From Eledone cirrhosa (Eukaryota), in the NCBI GenBank assembly GCA_964016885.1, contig OZ024741.1, forward strand, positions 78,492,001 through 78,556,000: DNA of 64,000 nt. Direction: 5' to 3'. The notes beneath the pieces were generated by a model. That model ran no database searches. It was not told the origin of the DNA and saw nothing but the letters and a program-made list of their open reading frames with translations. The stretch's first letter is position 1. Every line of letters begins with the position of its first letter. The position numbers and the translations under genes are program-made. This document shows positions 8,395 to 20,365 of the stretch, piece by piece.

Positions 8395-11110
8395 GGCGAC
8401 CTGCGTAGTAAATCGTATCATCGTGAGCTCCGCAAAGGTTTGTTATTTTCAGTTGTTTAAAATTGCCATTCATGGAAAATTTTTATTGTTAACTGTATAT
8501 AAGTGCACATACATTGTTATCTGAAAAGGACACCCAAAAAGGTGTTGAGCCTATAATTATCAAACAAAAATTTTTCTTTGAGAAATCATGGAGTCACTCC
8601 TTCCTCACAAACTAATACCTCACACCGACACCACCATTGTAAATATTATTACGTTTGCCAACACTAAAAATATAAGCAGGAGCAATATTTTAAATTTGTC
8701 TCAAGCAGACATTTATTTCCCGCCATTACCAATGACTGCAGGTGTTAAAGCCGCCACCACCACCACCACCTCCACCACGACAACAGAAACAAAAGAAAAA
8801 AATTAATTAACTCGTGATATCGAAATGAATTCAACCAAAATGAACTCTTCCACACCGAACACCACTGACGCCACCACCACCACAACTGAAACTAAAATTA
8901 ATAATAGCAAAAATAATGATAACAACAACAGCAACAATGACATTAAGAAAACCACCCTGAGTTTTGCCAGCGTAGCAAAACAGTGCGAAGCATTTCAGGT
9001 AACTCAGGAGGAATTAGAAGAAGCCAAAAAAATGACAAAAAGAAAGATGGGTACAGGGTCAGCCTCATCCCCCCAAATAATAAAATGGAGCATCGGCGCC
9101 TATGCACCGTGTCTTATCGAACAATTAATATAAAATCGCGCCGAGTGGAACGGGCATCCGAGTCCCAAATCCAAAAAGCTTTGGGACATGTGTGGGCAAA
9201 AAAACCCCACATCAGACGTGGGCAGAAATATGGAACCGTGGACGTCTTCTTTGAAACACCACAGGAGGCTAAAGAACACTCCATGGCCCCATTAAGAAGT
9301 GACGACTTCACATTCGTCCCAAGCTATTGTGGCCAGAGACTCGTAAAGATCAGGGTCACCCACGTTCCACCGGCCATCGGAATTCCCTGGCTAATGGCTG
9401 CCGTCCTCGCCGGCATCGAAGCCAACACCAAGATAATCGAAATAGCGAAAGAAAAGCAGGAGAACCGGTCCGGATCTGGGATGGAGCTCCTGATCCAAGC
9501 GGACCAAAAAAGCATTGAGGAGATCCCAGAGGTAATAGACCTCACTGACGGCAGCCACCTCACCGTAATTGTCGAGGGCAGAAGGCCTAGGTGTGTCGTT
9601 TGTGGTGAAGGAACCCCCCCTAAGGGTTTTCTGCCCTCGGGCTAAAAGGTTGAGGCCACCTCTCTTACCCACCCCAGTGACTCAACCATCAACACCACCA
9701 GCAGCAGAGATGGCAGCAACAACAGAAGCAACTGTAACAGCAACAACCCCAGCAACAGTAGCAAAACCAACACCACCACCACCCAACGCACCAGAACTAG
9801 CACCAGCGCCTACATCATCCACCACGTAAGAACCAAAACCAACGCCCGTGGAGGATTTTCCACTCCCCGGCCTATCACAACCGTCCGTCATCTACTACCG
9901 TCTGACCGTCGTACCTTGTCCTAAGCCCCGCCTGACTGCGCTGGAGCGTTTGCTCTTTCGCTTTTTGTGGAAGGGACGCGCTCCGATGGTCAGGCGGTCC
10001 ATCTGCTGTCAACACCCACTACGTGGAGGGCTGGGCATGCCGTGGCTGATGATGCGCAGACACGCGCTCAGGCTACGACATCTCCACCTCTTCCTCGACG
10101 GTGATCAGGTGTGGTCGCCGTTTGCTAGACACGTCTTTCCCCAGCTCGTCTCCTTGACGGAGCTGCAGTCCTGGGTCAAGCAAAGACCGAGAGGGAGCGC
10201 TTGGAGACTGGAATGTCTTCAGGCGCTTACAGCCCTCGACCAATCGGGCAATGTGATCGGTGGAAACTCCACCTTGGCGTTCTATAGAGGATTAGTGGAG
10301 CGGAAGAGCGACGACGTACTTGGAGAAATTCTAGGCGTCGACGAAAATCAACTAGCCAATCTCTTCGGAAGGACTTTCGGGCCGGGGTCTATGGACAACT
10401 TCCAGAAATCCCTGGCCTGGCAGTGCTACCAGGGAGATTTGCCAGTTCGGGATAAACTCTACAGGCATGGAGGTGCCGTCAGCCGGGCATGTCCGAGATG
10501 CGCGCAGGGTGATGAAACCGTCCTGCACGCACTCGTCCAGTGTCCGAGCATTGCTGACTTGTGGGTTTATGTCGAACACCTGCTGTCACGTGTAGGACGG
10601 ATCCAGCTATCAACTGAGTCCATCGTGAGGATTTCCCCGCCCTCTTCTTTTAGCCGGGAAGGGCAGGCAGTTTTTATCTGTCTGGTGGCCATGGCGAAAG
10701 AGATAGTATGGTGGACACGTTTGAAAGGGCTGAAGACGAGCACTTACCTCTTCATTTGAAAAGGAAAATCAGGGTAGAGAGGGAAGTGCTCTCTTCCCAG
10801 CATTTTGTTGAAAGATGGCCCGAGTGATGGGCCTACTCTGAGTATGTGTTTTTAAATTAAAGGTGGAAAACTGGGAGAGGGCACTTGCCCTGGTGGTCAG
10901 GGTCACTGTGGCCTTTTAATGGGCTTTCTCCACAAATGTCCTTCGGAAGTCTTCCCCCCCCCCCCTATTGGGGAATTTTTTCATTGTTATTTTTTATTAC
11001 ATCCTCTGTTTTTTTTACATGCAGAAATGCCCATTTGTACCGTCCTGTATTGTCCTGTACTGTCCTTAATGTCTACTTTATGTAAACCCTTGTGGTTAAT
11101 AAAGAAAGCA
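8395..11110 (+). mobile_element. Tx1/L1-clade LINE subfamily A with ~3-kb internal deletion, in a (TTA)n tract
   Basis: Same 5' end (GGCGACCT) and 3' end as 29142-34932. ORF1 joins the ORF2 C-terminus at about 9880. Flanked by (TTA)n at 8344-8394 and 11111-11129. Confidence 0.9.
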
Positions 11111-11129
11111 TTATTATTATTATTATTAT

Positions 11130-13247
11130 GTGAACCGGGGAGCAGTGGCGCTGCTGAGAAAAGACCCGAACAAGGGGGATGTTATTGATAATTTCAGGCC
11201 CATAACCCTGCTAAACGCAGAGTTCAAGATTTTGGCCAAGGTGTTAGCAACGAGGTTGGCGCTTGTCGTCAAGGGTCTGGTGGGAGAGGCGCAGACATGC
11301 GCCATCCCGGACAGATCCATACACGACAACCTCCACCTCATGCGATACATCATAGAGAGGGTGGTTAAGGAACCTGGCAAGGGTGGGGCTCTGATCAACT
11401 TGGATCAATCCAAAGCATTCGATAGGGTCGACCATCGGTACCTGGCGGCAGTCCTCGAGGCAGCCGGTTTCGGGCCCGTTTTCAGGCGTTGGATCGCAGC
11501 AATGTACAGCGACATCTGCTCAATTGTGAGGGTGAACGGTCACCTGTCGCAGCCGTTCAGCATCATGCGCTCAGTCTGCCAGGGTTGTCCCATCTCCCCC
11601 CTCTTGTACGTATTGGCCCTCGAGCCGTTACTGCACAAACTGGGGGCGATGAGGGGCGTCCTCCGCGAACTAGGATGCGGGAAATCCGAGTCGTGGTGGT
11701 GTCGAGCACAGACACATCCAGATGCTCGGCACCGCTCTCAAGGAATACGAAATGGTGACAGGAGCAAAGATAAACCAGGAAAAGTCGGTGGGCTTGCAAC
11801 TAGGCACCTGGAGAGGCAAGTTCATGCCGTCCGACAGTGTCGTGGGGCGTTGGACGGACGGACCGGTTAAATTGTTCGGGACGGTGGCCTCCCTCACCCA
11901 GAAATGGGCTGAGAGGAAGCTGTCCCTGAAAGGCCGGGCGGAAGTGGCGAATGCGTACATCGCATCCGTCATCTGCGACTGCCTCACCGTTGTCCCTTGC
12001 CCCGGCCCAACTCTCACCAAAATGGAGCGCCTCCTCTTCCGCTTTTTGTGGAAGGGACGCGCTCCCATGGTCAGACGATCCATCTGCTGTCAACACCCTT
12101 TGCGTGGAGGACTGGGCATGCCATGGCTGATGATGCGCAAACATGCGCTGAGGCTGGTGCTTCCTTGATGGTGAATGGGTGTGGTCGCCGTTCGCCAGGC
12201 ACATTTTCCCACAGCTCGTCTCCTTGACGGAGCTGCAGTCCTGGGTCAGAAAAAGACCGAGGGATAGCACTTGGAAACTGGAATGTCCCCAGGCGCTCAC
12301 TGCCCTCTCCCAGTTGGGCACCAGTATCGGTGGAACATCCACCTCGGCATTCTATAGAGGACTAGTGGAGGGGAAGAGCGACGACGTTCTTGGAGAGATC
12401 CTGGGCGTTGGAGAAGATCAGCTGTTTGCTCTCTTCTGGAGAACTTTCAGCCCGGGGCCTATGGATAACTTCCAAAAATCCCTGGCCTGGCAGTGCTACT
12501 GGGGAGCGCTGCCGGTTCGAGATAAGCTCCACAGGCACGGAAGTGCCGTCAGCCGAGCCTGTCCGAGATGCGCGCATAGCGACGAAACCGTTGTGCACGC
12601 ACTTGTTCAGTGCCCGAGCATTGCTGACTTGTGGAGCTATGTCGAACAGTTGCTGTCACGTGTGGGACTGATCCGGTTGTCGACTGAGTCCATTGTGCAG
12701 ATGGTCTCGCCGTCTTCCTTTGAGGAGGAAGGGCAGGCGGTTTTCATCTGCCTGGTGGCCATGGCGAAAGAGATTGTGTGGTGGACAAGGTTAAAAGGAT
12801 TAAAGACAAACACTTTCCTCTTCGGCGAATCCCTGATTAACTTTTTCAAGTTTCACTTGAAGAGGAAAATCAGGGTGGAGAGGCAAGTGCTGCTTTCTGG
12901 CAAGTTTGTTGAAAGGTGGGTGAATGTAGCGAGAATGATCCAAGTGAATATACGTCTGTAGTTTGAGAGATGGAAAAATTGAGAGAGGGCGCTTACCCTG
13001 GTAGTCATGGTGGCCGTGGTCTTTTGTGTGGTTTTTGCCACGAGTAACCCTCGGAGGTTTCCCTCCTATTGGGGAATTTTTCATTATTTCAATTTTCATT
13101 TTATTGTTTATATATATATATGTTTTATGTCTTTTTTCTTTTCTTATATAAATAATAAAAATATTTACACGCACAAAACCCACATCGTACCATCCTGTTC
13201 CGTCTGTGATGTTTTTCTTGATGTCAGCCCTTGTGGCCAATAAAGAA

Positions 13248-13248
<1 letters not shown>
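11130..13248 (+). mobile_element. 5'-truncated Tx1-clade LINE subfamily B (RT plus C-terminal CCHC zinc finger)
   Basis: NFRPITLLN, LDQSKAFDRVDH, QGCPISP; YADD deleted near 11690; CPRC..ETVVHALVQC; (TTA)n tail. Confidence 0.9.
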
Positions 13249-13280
<32 letters not shown>

Positions 13281-13305
13281 AATTATTATTAATAATAATA
13301 ATAAT

Positions 13306-13679
13306 TGTTTCTACTTTTGGCACAAGGCCAGCAATTACCCAGTTCATTACTGGTACTTTATTTTATCGACCCCGTAAGGATGAAAGGCAAAGTTAACCTC
13401 GACGGGATTTGAACTCAGACTATAAAGGGACGTAACTATGCTGGAAAGCATGGCGTCCGACTCTCTACCGATACTGCCAATTCACCAATAATAATTGTTT
13501 CTACTTTTGGCACAAGACCAGCAATTACCCAGTGCATTACTGGTACTTTATTTTATCGACCCCGTAAGAATGAAAGGCAAAGTTAACCTCAGCGAGATTT
13601 GAACTCAGATTGGCAAGGGCCGTAACTCTATACGTCAAAGCATGGCCTCCGACCCACTACAGATACTGCCAATCCACCA
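13306..13679 (-). mobile_element. Two tandem Deu/Nin-type SINE copies in (TAA)n
   Basis: 13306-13487 and 13496-13679 both match 17714-17902. Confidence 0.85.
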
Positions 13680-13691
13680 ATAATAATAATA

Positions 13692-14000
13692 TATTTGAAG
13701 GAGAAAATTAACCAATACCAGGATTTAAAGTGGGAATTAAAAAGGATTTGGGACTGTCATGGGATCAAGGTCGTCCTGATTGTCATAGGAGCACTAGGTA
13801 CTATCTCGAAGAGTTTTCAAGGATAGTTAAAGAACATTAATCCAACCCCCCTTTTTGGAACACTTCAAAAGGCATGCTTGCTGGGTACAGCAAGAACTCT
13901 CTGATACGTCCTGAATATCTGAGGCTGCAGGTAGTGGCTTAATGCTCATTTGAACAAACTTTCCAGTTAAATAACATCAATGACTGAGACTCCAAGGATA
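13692..14000 (+). mobile_element. Dong/R4-type RLE LINE 3' end
   Basis: KYQDLKWELKRIW-like and IGALG-like sequence; closely similar to 53785-54085; (TAA)n tail. Confidence 0.75.
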
Positions 14001-16134
14001 ATAATAATATATATTTATATAATAATAATTGTTTCTACTTTAGGCACAAGGCCAGCAATCACCCAGTGCCTTACTGGTACTATAATAATAATAGTGAGTA
14101 GAACCGAAGTTGCAGCTGCGAATAGCATTTTTCGAAATCAATCTTCTGAGGCTGGCACAAAGCACTTATGAGGTGATATCAATAAATCGATAAATTATAT
14201 CTCAGAGTAATAACAATACGTTAGGGGTGTGACACAGTGAAAATTGTGACCGGAGACATGTTGCCACAATGCCACTACAACAACGAAAATACAAACATAT
14301 ATATGTGTTTGTGTCAGTAATATAAGTTTATTTTTACTTAGCCAGACTTAAGCCAGACTTATTTTAAAAACCAACATGTCTAATATCATGTGAGTGATCT
14401 CATTTGTGTTAAAACCCATAGACAAAAATAGTTTTATGATTACATCTGGTTGGTGACCTATTAACACATAAAATTACTGCTACATCTCACTCACAATTAA
14501 TTTGTAATTAGTAAATTAATAAGTTTCAGGAACTGTATTCTGATCTTATTCACAGAACTAGAAATTTCTGAAAGTTAGGATGCTATTTCTTAGAATTTGG
14601 TTTTTGCTTACATATTTGCTATAGTATTTTTTTTTATGGTGAATTTTTGTTGTTGTTAATGTTGAAGTTGTTGTAATGATGCTCTTTTATTCCCCACCTC
14701 ACCACTGCCTTCTTGTCTCTTGTTTTTCCATTTAAGCTTCCTTCTTTATGCCATAATTGGTAGAGCATCAGACAAAATGTTCTGTAATAATCTTCAGTTA
14801 AGTTCATTTACTGTCTATGTTCAAATGTTGTCATTGTTGACATTGTGTTTTTTTTGTGTTGCCAATGCCAATAAACTAAGTACTAGTCATGTACTATGAT
14901 TAATTGCATCAATTATCAATTATTAATCAAACTCTCTCTTTACAATGCCTTCACTTTGTACCAAATATAAAGTTATTGTTCTACTTGAGCCAACAAGGGA
15001 CTCTTTATATCGTTCCTCTCTTTAAAAAGGAAGGAAATATTGAAGAATGTAGTCTGGGAGGAATTTCATCAGGGTTACAAAGTTTATCCCACCCTCCTCC
15101 TTCCCCAAATGAGAGTGTAACTCATCAATGCAAGAATAAAGTACATCCTGTACACTATGTGTCCTTGTACATAGCCGCAAACTATACATGAATCATATGT
15201 ATTTTGCATTGATTACTAAAATACTTAATGAGCAGTTTTAAATGGGGCCTACATTTCACATCTGGCCTGAGCCTATTACCAGCTATACACAAGCCTGACT
15301 ATTCTACAATGTGGTATAGCAGCAACATGGAAAGAACACATTAGTGATGTAATCCTAGATGTCTAATCATTAACTACTGAAGATGTTTATGTACAAAGAA
15401 TTGCAAGATGGAACATGGCCAATGGGAACTGTGGAAGTTCACGGATCTACAAATGGAGACATTAAAAAAATATGTTACTGATGCTTCTTTGAAGAAATTA
15501 GATGCATCTGATCATCCCTTTTGGAGGAGAGCATGATAGAAAAGATTTACAGAAGCAAACAGTCTCAGAAGGAAGCAGGTTGACAATGAGGATGCTTGGA
15601 CCAAGCTGTGCACCAATTCTCATGTCCACATTGCCAATGTTTTAGTTTATAAAAGATAGATTTATCCAGAGCATAAAGATAACTTCAATTGAATCAAATT
15701 CTTAGCACCAAGAAATACCAATGATGATGGCAAGAAATCAACATTGGCATCATCCAGCCATGTGGATCATCCTGTGGGAAGATGGTAGGATCATCATGGC
15801 TAGAAGATATTTCATTGTAGGTCTGCTTGATCAGAACTGATCTGGGCCTATACTATAATAATACCAATATTACCAACAATAACTCTGCTTTGTCCTTCCT
15901 ACCCAGAACTACAATCTTGTAGAATTTTCTACATATTCACATTTATGTTAAAATAATCTGATTTCTTCATATACATCTCAACACACAGAAAATAGCTCAA
16001 TATCAAATTCAAATTGAAATCAAATTTAAATTCAAATCAAGAATGAGTTTACATAAATCAATAAATATTTAACAAAGTATATTGTCATTTGATCTGATAT
16101 ATACCACCAACAAATTAGAATTCTCAATGTAATT

Positions 16135-16570
16135 AACATCATCCTTTTTACATCAGTTTTTCTATGCTTGCATGGGTAGAGCAAGTCTTTTACAACACAA
16201 CCTCCCTCCACTTGTGTTCCTTCATCATTTCTGTTAAGAGCTGCATTTTCAGATCTGCTTTCACTATTTATGATCAGGTCTTTCTTGGCCTTTCTTTACT
16301 GCAGCTTCCTTCCACTGGGAACTCCCGACACTTCTTCTCCTCAACAATCATCATTGATACCCATCACATTTCCTCACTATTTGATTTCTCTTATACCTAG
16401 TATCTCTTTCAGCTCATCCATGCTTCACTGTTCATGTTAATTAACATCACACATCTATTGAAACTTGTTCACTTTATTTCTTTCCACCTTTTGCATATTC
16501 TCTGCCCATGTTTCACTTCCATGCAACATTGCATTTTGCATGTAAGCATCATACAGCCAGTCTTACTCAT
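16135..16570 (-). mobile_element. Highly degenerate RTE 3' fragment
   Basis: RTE-like tail (CATGCAAGCATAGAAAAA-CTGATGTAAA on the minus strand) and similarity to 23100-23480. Confidence 0.5.
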
Positions 16571-17142
16571 CTGAAGTGCAATATATGGAATTCATCATAT
16601 ATTTATTGGCTGAGATTGTATTGTTTTCAATTAAAGAAAAATTCTGTCATATATCATCAACACCATCATTATTTAACATCTACTCTTCTTGCTAGCAAGA
16701 GTTAGGTGGGTCTTCACAGACCAAGTCAGTACTGAAGGGGGCTACTGACCTAACAGACAGGCTAGTGGTCTGCATCTTGCTTACATATGGTTCCACATTC
16801 TGAGTAGACCAGCACAAGAGGTGTTGTCATGTCTTTGACTCAACTGATGGGTCCCTCCAACTCTTTGTTTGGCAAGTTTTCTATAGTTGGATGCTCTTCT
16901 TATCACCAACCACTTTACAACATGTACTGGGTGCATTTATCGTGTAGATCACCAACACTAGGGAGGCAGTCATGTCCTTTACACACCTGAAGGGTGCTCC
17001 TAACCCTTTGTTTTGTAACTTTCTTCCTATCACCAAACACTTTAAACAGAATATTGTGTTTCTAGTGAAGATCTACTTTACACAGATGTCAACTTCTTGT
17101 TATTCTGGCCTTTATAACAACAGTTAATAAATAATTTATTTT

Positions 17143-17690
17143 CATCATCATGATCATCCTTTTTATGTCTATTTTCCCATGCTTGAATGATTTGGACAGA
17201 TCTTCTTCAACACAACATCTGATTGTTTATTGCATTCCTTTGTCATCTACTTTGTGAAGTTCAGCACCCTGAGATCACCTCTCACCCCTTCTGCCCATAT
17301 CTTCATTGGTCTTCTGCCATGGCTTCTTTCTATTTGAAACTGCCAATACTTCTTCGTCCATGCTCGTGCAATCTTCTCTCTTGCACACAACAGTCAATTC
17401 TTCATACACACAGTTTTTCTCTCAGGTCATCTATGCGTTGTCATTCATGTACACTAATATTACACATCTAACAGAACATGTTTGTTTCATTTTTTCCAGC
17501 CTATACAAATCCTTGGTATCCAATACCCATGTCTTGCTACCATGCAATATTGCATTGCATACACAACCATCGTACAATATTCCTTTCACTCAAAGAGAGA
17601 ATCTCTTTGCTGTCAGCAGAGGTAATAACTCCCCATACATTTTCCAACCTGTTCTTAATCTAGCTGCTATTCTTTCACAGCTTTTGCTAT
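17143..17690 (-). mobile_element. Degenerate RTE 3' fragment
   Basis: (CAT)n tail and reverse similarity to the RTE RT C-terminus (R.GWK...L, MLHGS.TW). Confidence 0.65.
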
Positions 17691-17713
17691 TTTATTATCA
17701 TTTTTCAATAATT

Positions 17714-17902
17714 ATGGCCAGTGGATTGGCAGTATCGGTAGAGGGTCGGACGCCATGCTTTGACGCATAGAGTTACGGCCCTTGCCATTCTGAGTTCAAA
17801 TCCCGCCGAGGTTAACTTTGCCTTTCATCCTTATGGGGTCGATAAAATAAAGTACCAGTAATACACTGGGTAATTGCTGGCCTTGTGCCAAAAGTAGAAA
17901 CA
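17714..17902 (+). mobile_element. Full-length Deu/Nin-type tRNA-derived SINE with 20-bp TSD
   Basis: A-box-like TGGCAGTATCGG, B box GAGTTCAAATCC, core GCCTTTCATCCTT..GGGGTCGATAAA; TSD ATTATCATTTTTCAATAATT at 17694-17713 and 17903-17922. Confidence 0.9.
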
Positions 17903-18311
17903 ATTATCATTTTTCAATAATTTAATTGAGATAATTATCTTTGACATCATTATTGATGGTAATGATACACTTGTCCATTAATATATTTTGGGTCAGCCAT
18001 GGAAGAAACAGATTAAGTATTGATGGATAATCTGTTTGATTAGTTTAGAAGATTTACTAAAAAAAATTAACTGCTGATGAGGGCGAGGTATTTTAGTTAT
18101 CACTTTGTTGCACTAGATCCATGGATTACATGAATATGTTGTGTTGAAGGTTATGTGTTCTGTCTATTCACTTTATTTGTCTACCTATATGCATATGTAT
18201 CTATGTATGTATATGTGTGTGCATGCACTCATATACATACACACATACACACATGTTTATATGTGTTGGTGTGTGTGTATAAGAATATATGCATATGTAT
18301 ATGTATCTAGT

Positions 18312-18560
18312 AGTGGTGTGGTTTAGTCGCTAGAGTTTTAAGCTTACAATTGTAAGATCATGAATTTAATTTCCAGACTGGCCAGTGTATTGTGTCCTTG
18401 AGCAAGTCATTTTATTTCATGTTGCTACAGTTCACTTAGCTGGTAAAAATAAATTGTATTTGTAATTGTCTTGTCACACACGCTGAATCTCCCTGAGAAT
18501 TACATTTGGAGTACACATGTCAGCCACCTCAACGTTAATTTCATGAGCAGCCTGTTCCAT
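18312..18560 (+). mobile_element. Degenerate tRNA-head SINE with CORE-like CCTTGAGCAAG segment
   Basis: Similar to the head of 36808-37143. Confidence 0.55.
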
Positions 18561-18719
18561 TGTTAAAAAAAGCCATTACACTTGTTGGAAGGACCAAAAA
18601 CAGTTGCAATACATGTCCATGCGCACGGGCACACACACACACATACTCACATTTTCTTTTATTCATTTTAGTAATTGAACTGCAACCAAGCTAGGTTACT
18701 ACTGTCAAGGGGTTTAGTT

Positions 18720-19205
18720 GATTATATCAATCCGAGAGTGAAGTACTTCTGCAATTGTTGTCTCACAATGACATAAACATCAATAGTATACCTCTGCCTA
18801 GCATAAATCCCAAATTGCATCTTATCTAGCTTAACTATGTATCTAATTAGTAGTGCCATGACTCTTTCAGTAACTTTCACGACCTGCTCTGTCAACTTGT
18901 TACCTCAGTATTTATCTCTCTCTAGTTTGTCTCGCCTGCCCTTGTTTATGATGAAACAGCTGGACCAATCTTTAGGTATGATATTATCCTGTACTACTTG
19001 ATTTATTATCTATCTGATTCACTTGTATTTTACCATGTCAGGTGATTTTAGCATCCCAGTAACTATGAGTCAGCCAGCTGCCTTTTCTGTCTTTATATTT
19101 TTAATCACTTTTTCTATTTTACTGTTGGCAACTTTTATGACTGGATCTTCAGTTGAATCTGCTTGGTGTAGGCCTTCACTCTCCCATTTATTGTTTTCAT
19201 TCAGC
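18720..19205 (-). pseudogene. Degenerate RTE RT fragment
   Basis: IEKVIKNIKTEKAAG motif and downstream RT-like sequence. Confidence 0.55.
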
Positions 19206-19440
19206 AATATATGTATATACATATATGAGTGTGTGAGTTTGTGTGTGTGTGTATGCAAAACGTAAACAGAAACAACAAAGCAGAGAACTCAGTACAATGA
19301 AGAAATATATTAGTTTAATGCTTAAAGATATATATATGTAAAAACTAAACAGAAATAACAAAACAAATGGCACAGTACATGGAAGCAACATAGTTTTATA
19401 TATATATATAGAGAGAGCACAGTACATGGAAGCAACATAG

Positions 19441-19474
<34 letters not shown>

Positions 19475-19515
19475 CACAGTACATGGAAGCAACATAGCTT
19501 TATATATATATATAT

Positions 19516-19885
19516 CATCATCATCATCATCATCAACGTTTAACGTCCGTGTTCCACGCTTGCATGGGTTTGGACGGGGGTAGTCCCACTTGAGGCAAGA
19601 GTGATTGTCTTGCTCGCATAGGACTGTCTGGCAGGTTTTCTACAGTTGGATGCCCTTCCTAACACCAACCACATTTACAGTGTGGGTCTGGGAGGTTTTT
19701 ACCGTGTTGCCTACACGGCCACATTACAGCGTGGACTGTGTGTTTTTTTGTCGTGACACCTACACGATCTCATTTGTTTCGGCCTCGATGGCGCGGCACC
19801 AACATAACTTTACATAGAACGGGGTGGTGTGGATCGGGTGGGGGTGGTGGGACGGGGTGTATTTGTTAGAGATGCCTACTGGCTG
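19516..19885 (-). mobile_element. RTE 3'-UTR fragment (same as 23500-23880)
   Basis: Near-identical reverse complement of 23500-23880, with (GAT)n tail. Confidence 0.9.
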
Positions 19886-20251
19886 AAAGAAAATTTCGCT
19901 CTACATGGCTGAATACAATAAATGTAATCCGAGTTTTTCGAATATTAATAATAACATTCGATACGTTTGCAATTATGCAAACAAGCCTCAATTTTATAGC
20001 CATGTCAGTAGAATGAACACTTCATTCTTGCTCTTGTGTTGGCATATATTTTCACTAGCTCTGACAGTTTGGCAGGTGAACTGATGAAGGGTGATACCCA
20101 GAAACATTAGTGTCTGCAGTTCTGTTCGCATGCCAACACAAGAGCAAGAATGAAGTGTTCATTCTACTGACATGGCTATAAAATTGAGGCTTGTTTGCAT
20201 AATTGCAAACGTATCGAATGTTATTATTAATATTCTAAAAATTAGGATTAC

Positions 20252-20256
<5 letters not shown>
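19886..20256. mobile_element. Family A fold-back hammerhead element
   Basis: Arms at about 19920-20045 and 20130-20255; hammerhead core at 20081-20114 with a partial stem I deletion. Confidence 0.8.
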
Positions 20257-20301
<45 letters not shown>

Positions 20302-20323
20302 CACAGTACATGGAAGCGACATA

Positions 20324-20365
<42 letters not shown>

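Noticed and set aside
8395-8440. tRNA-like or ribozyme 5' head of Tx1 subfamily A
   Set aside because: No convincing A/B boxes or HDV-like fold by eye.
19369-19500. CRISPR-like 26-bp direct repeats
   Set aside because: The spacers are (TA)n, the context is eukaryotic and there are no cas genes.
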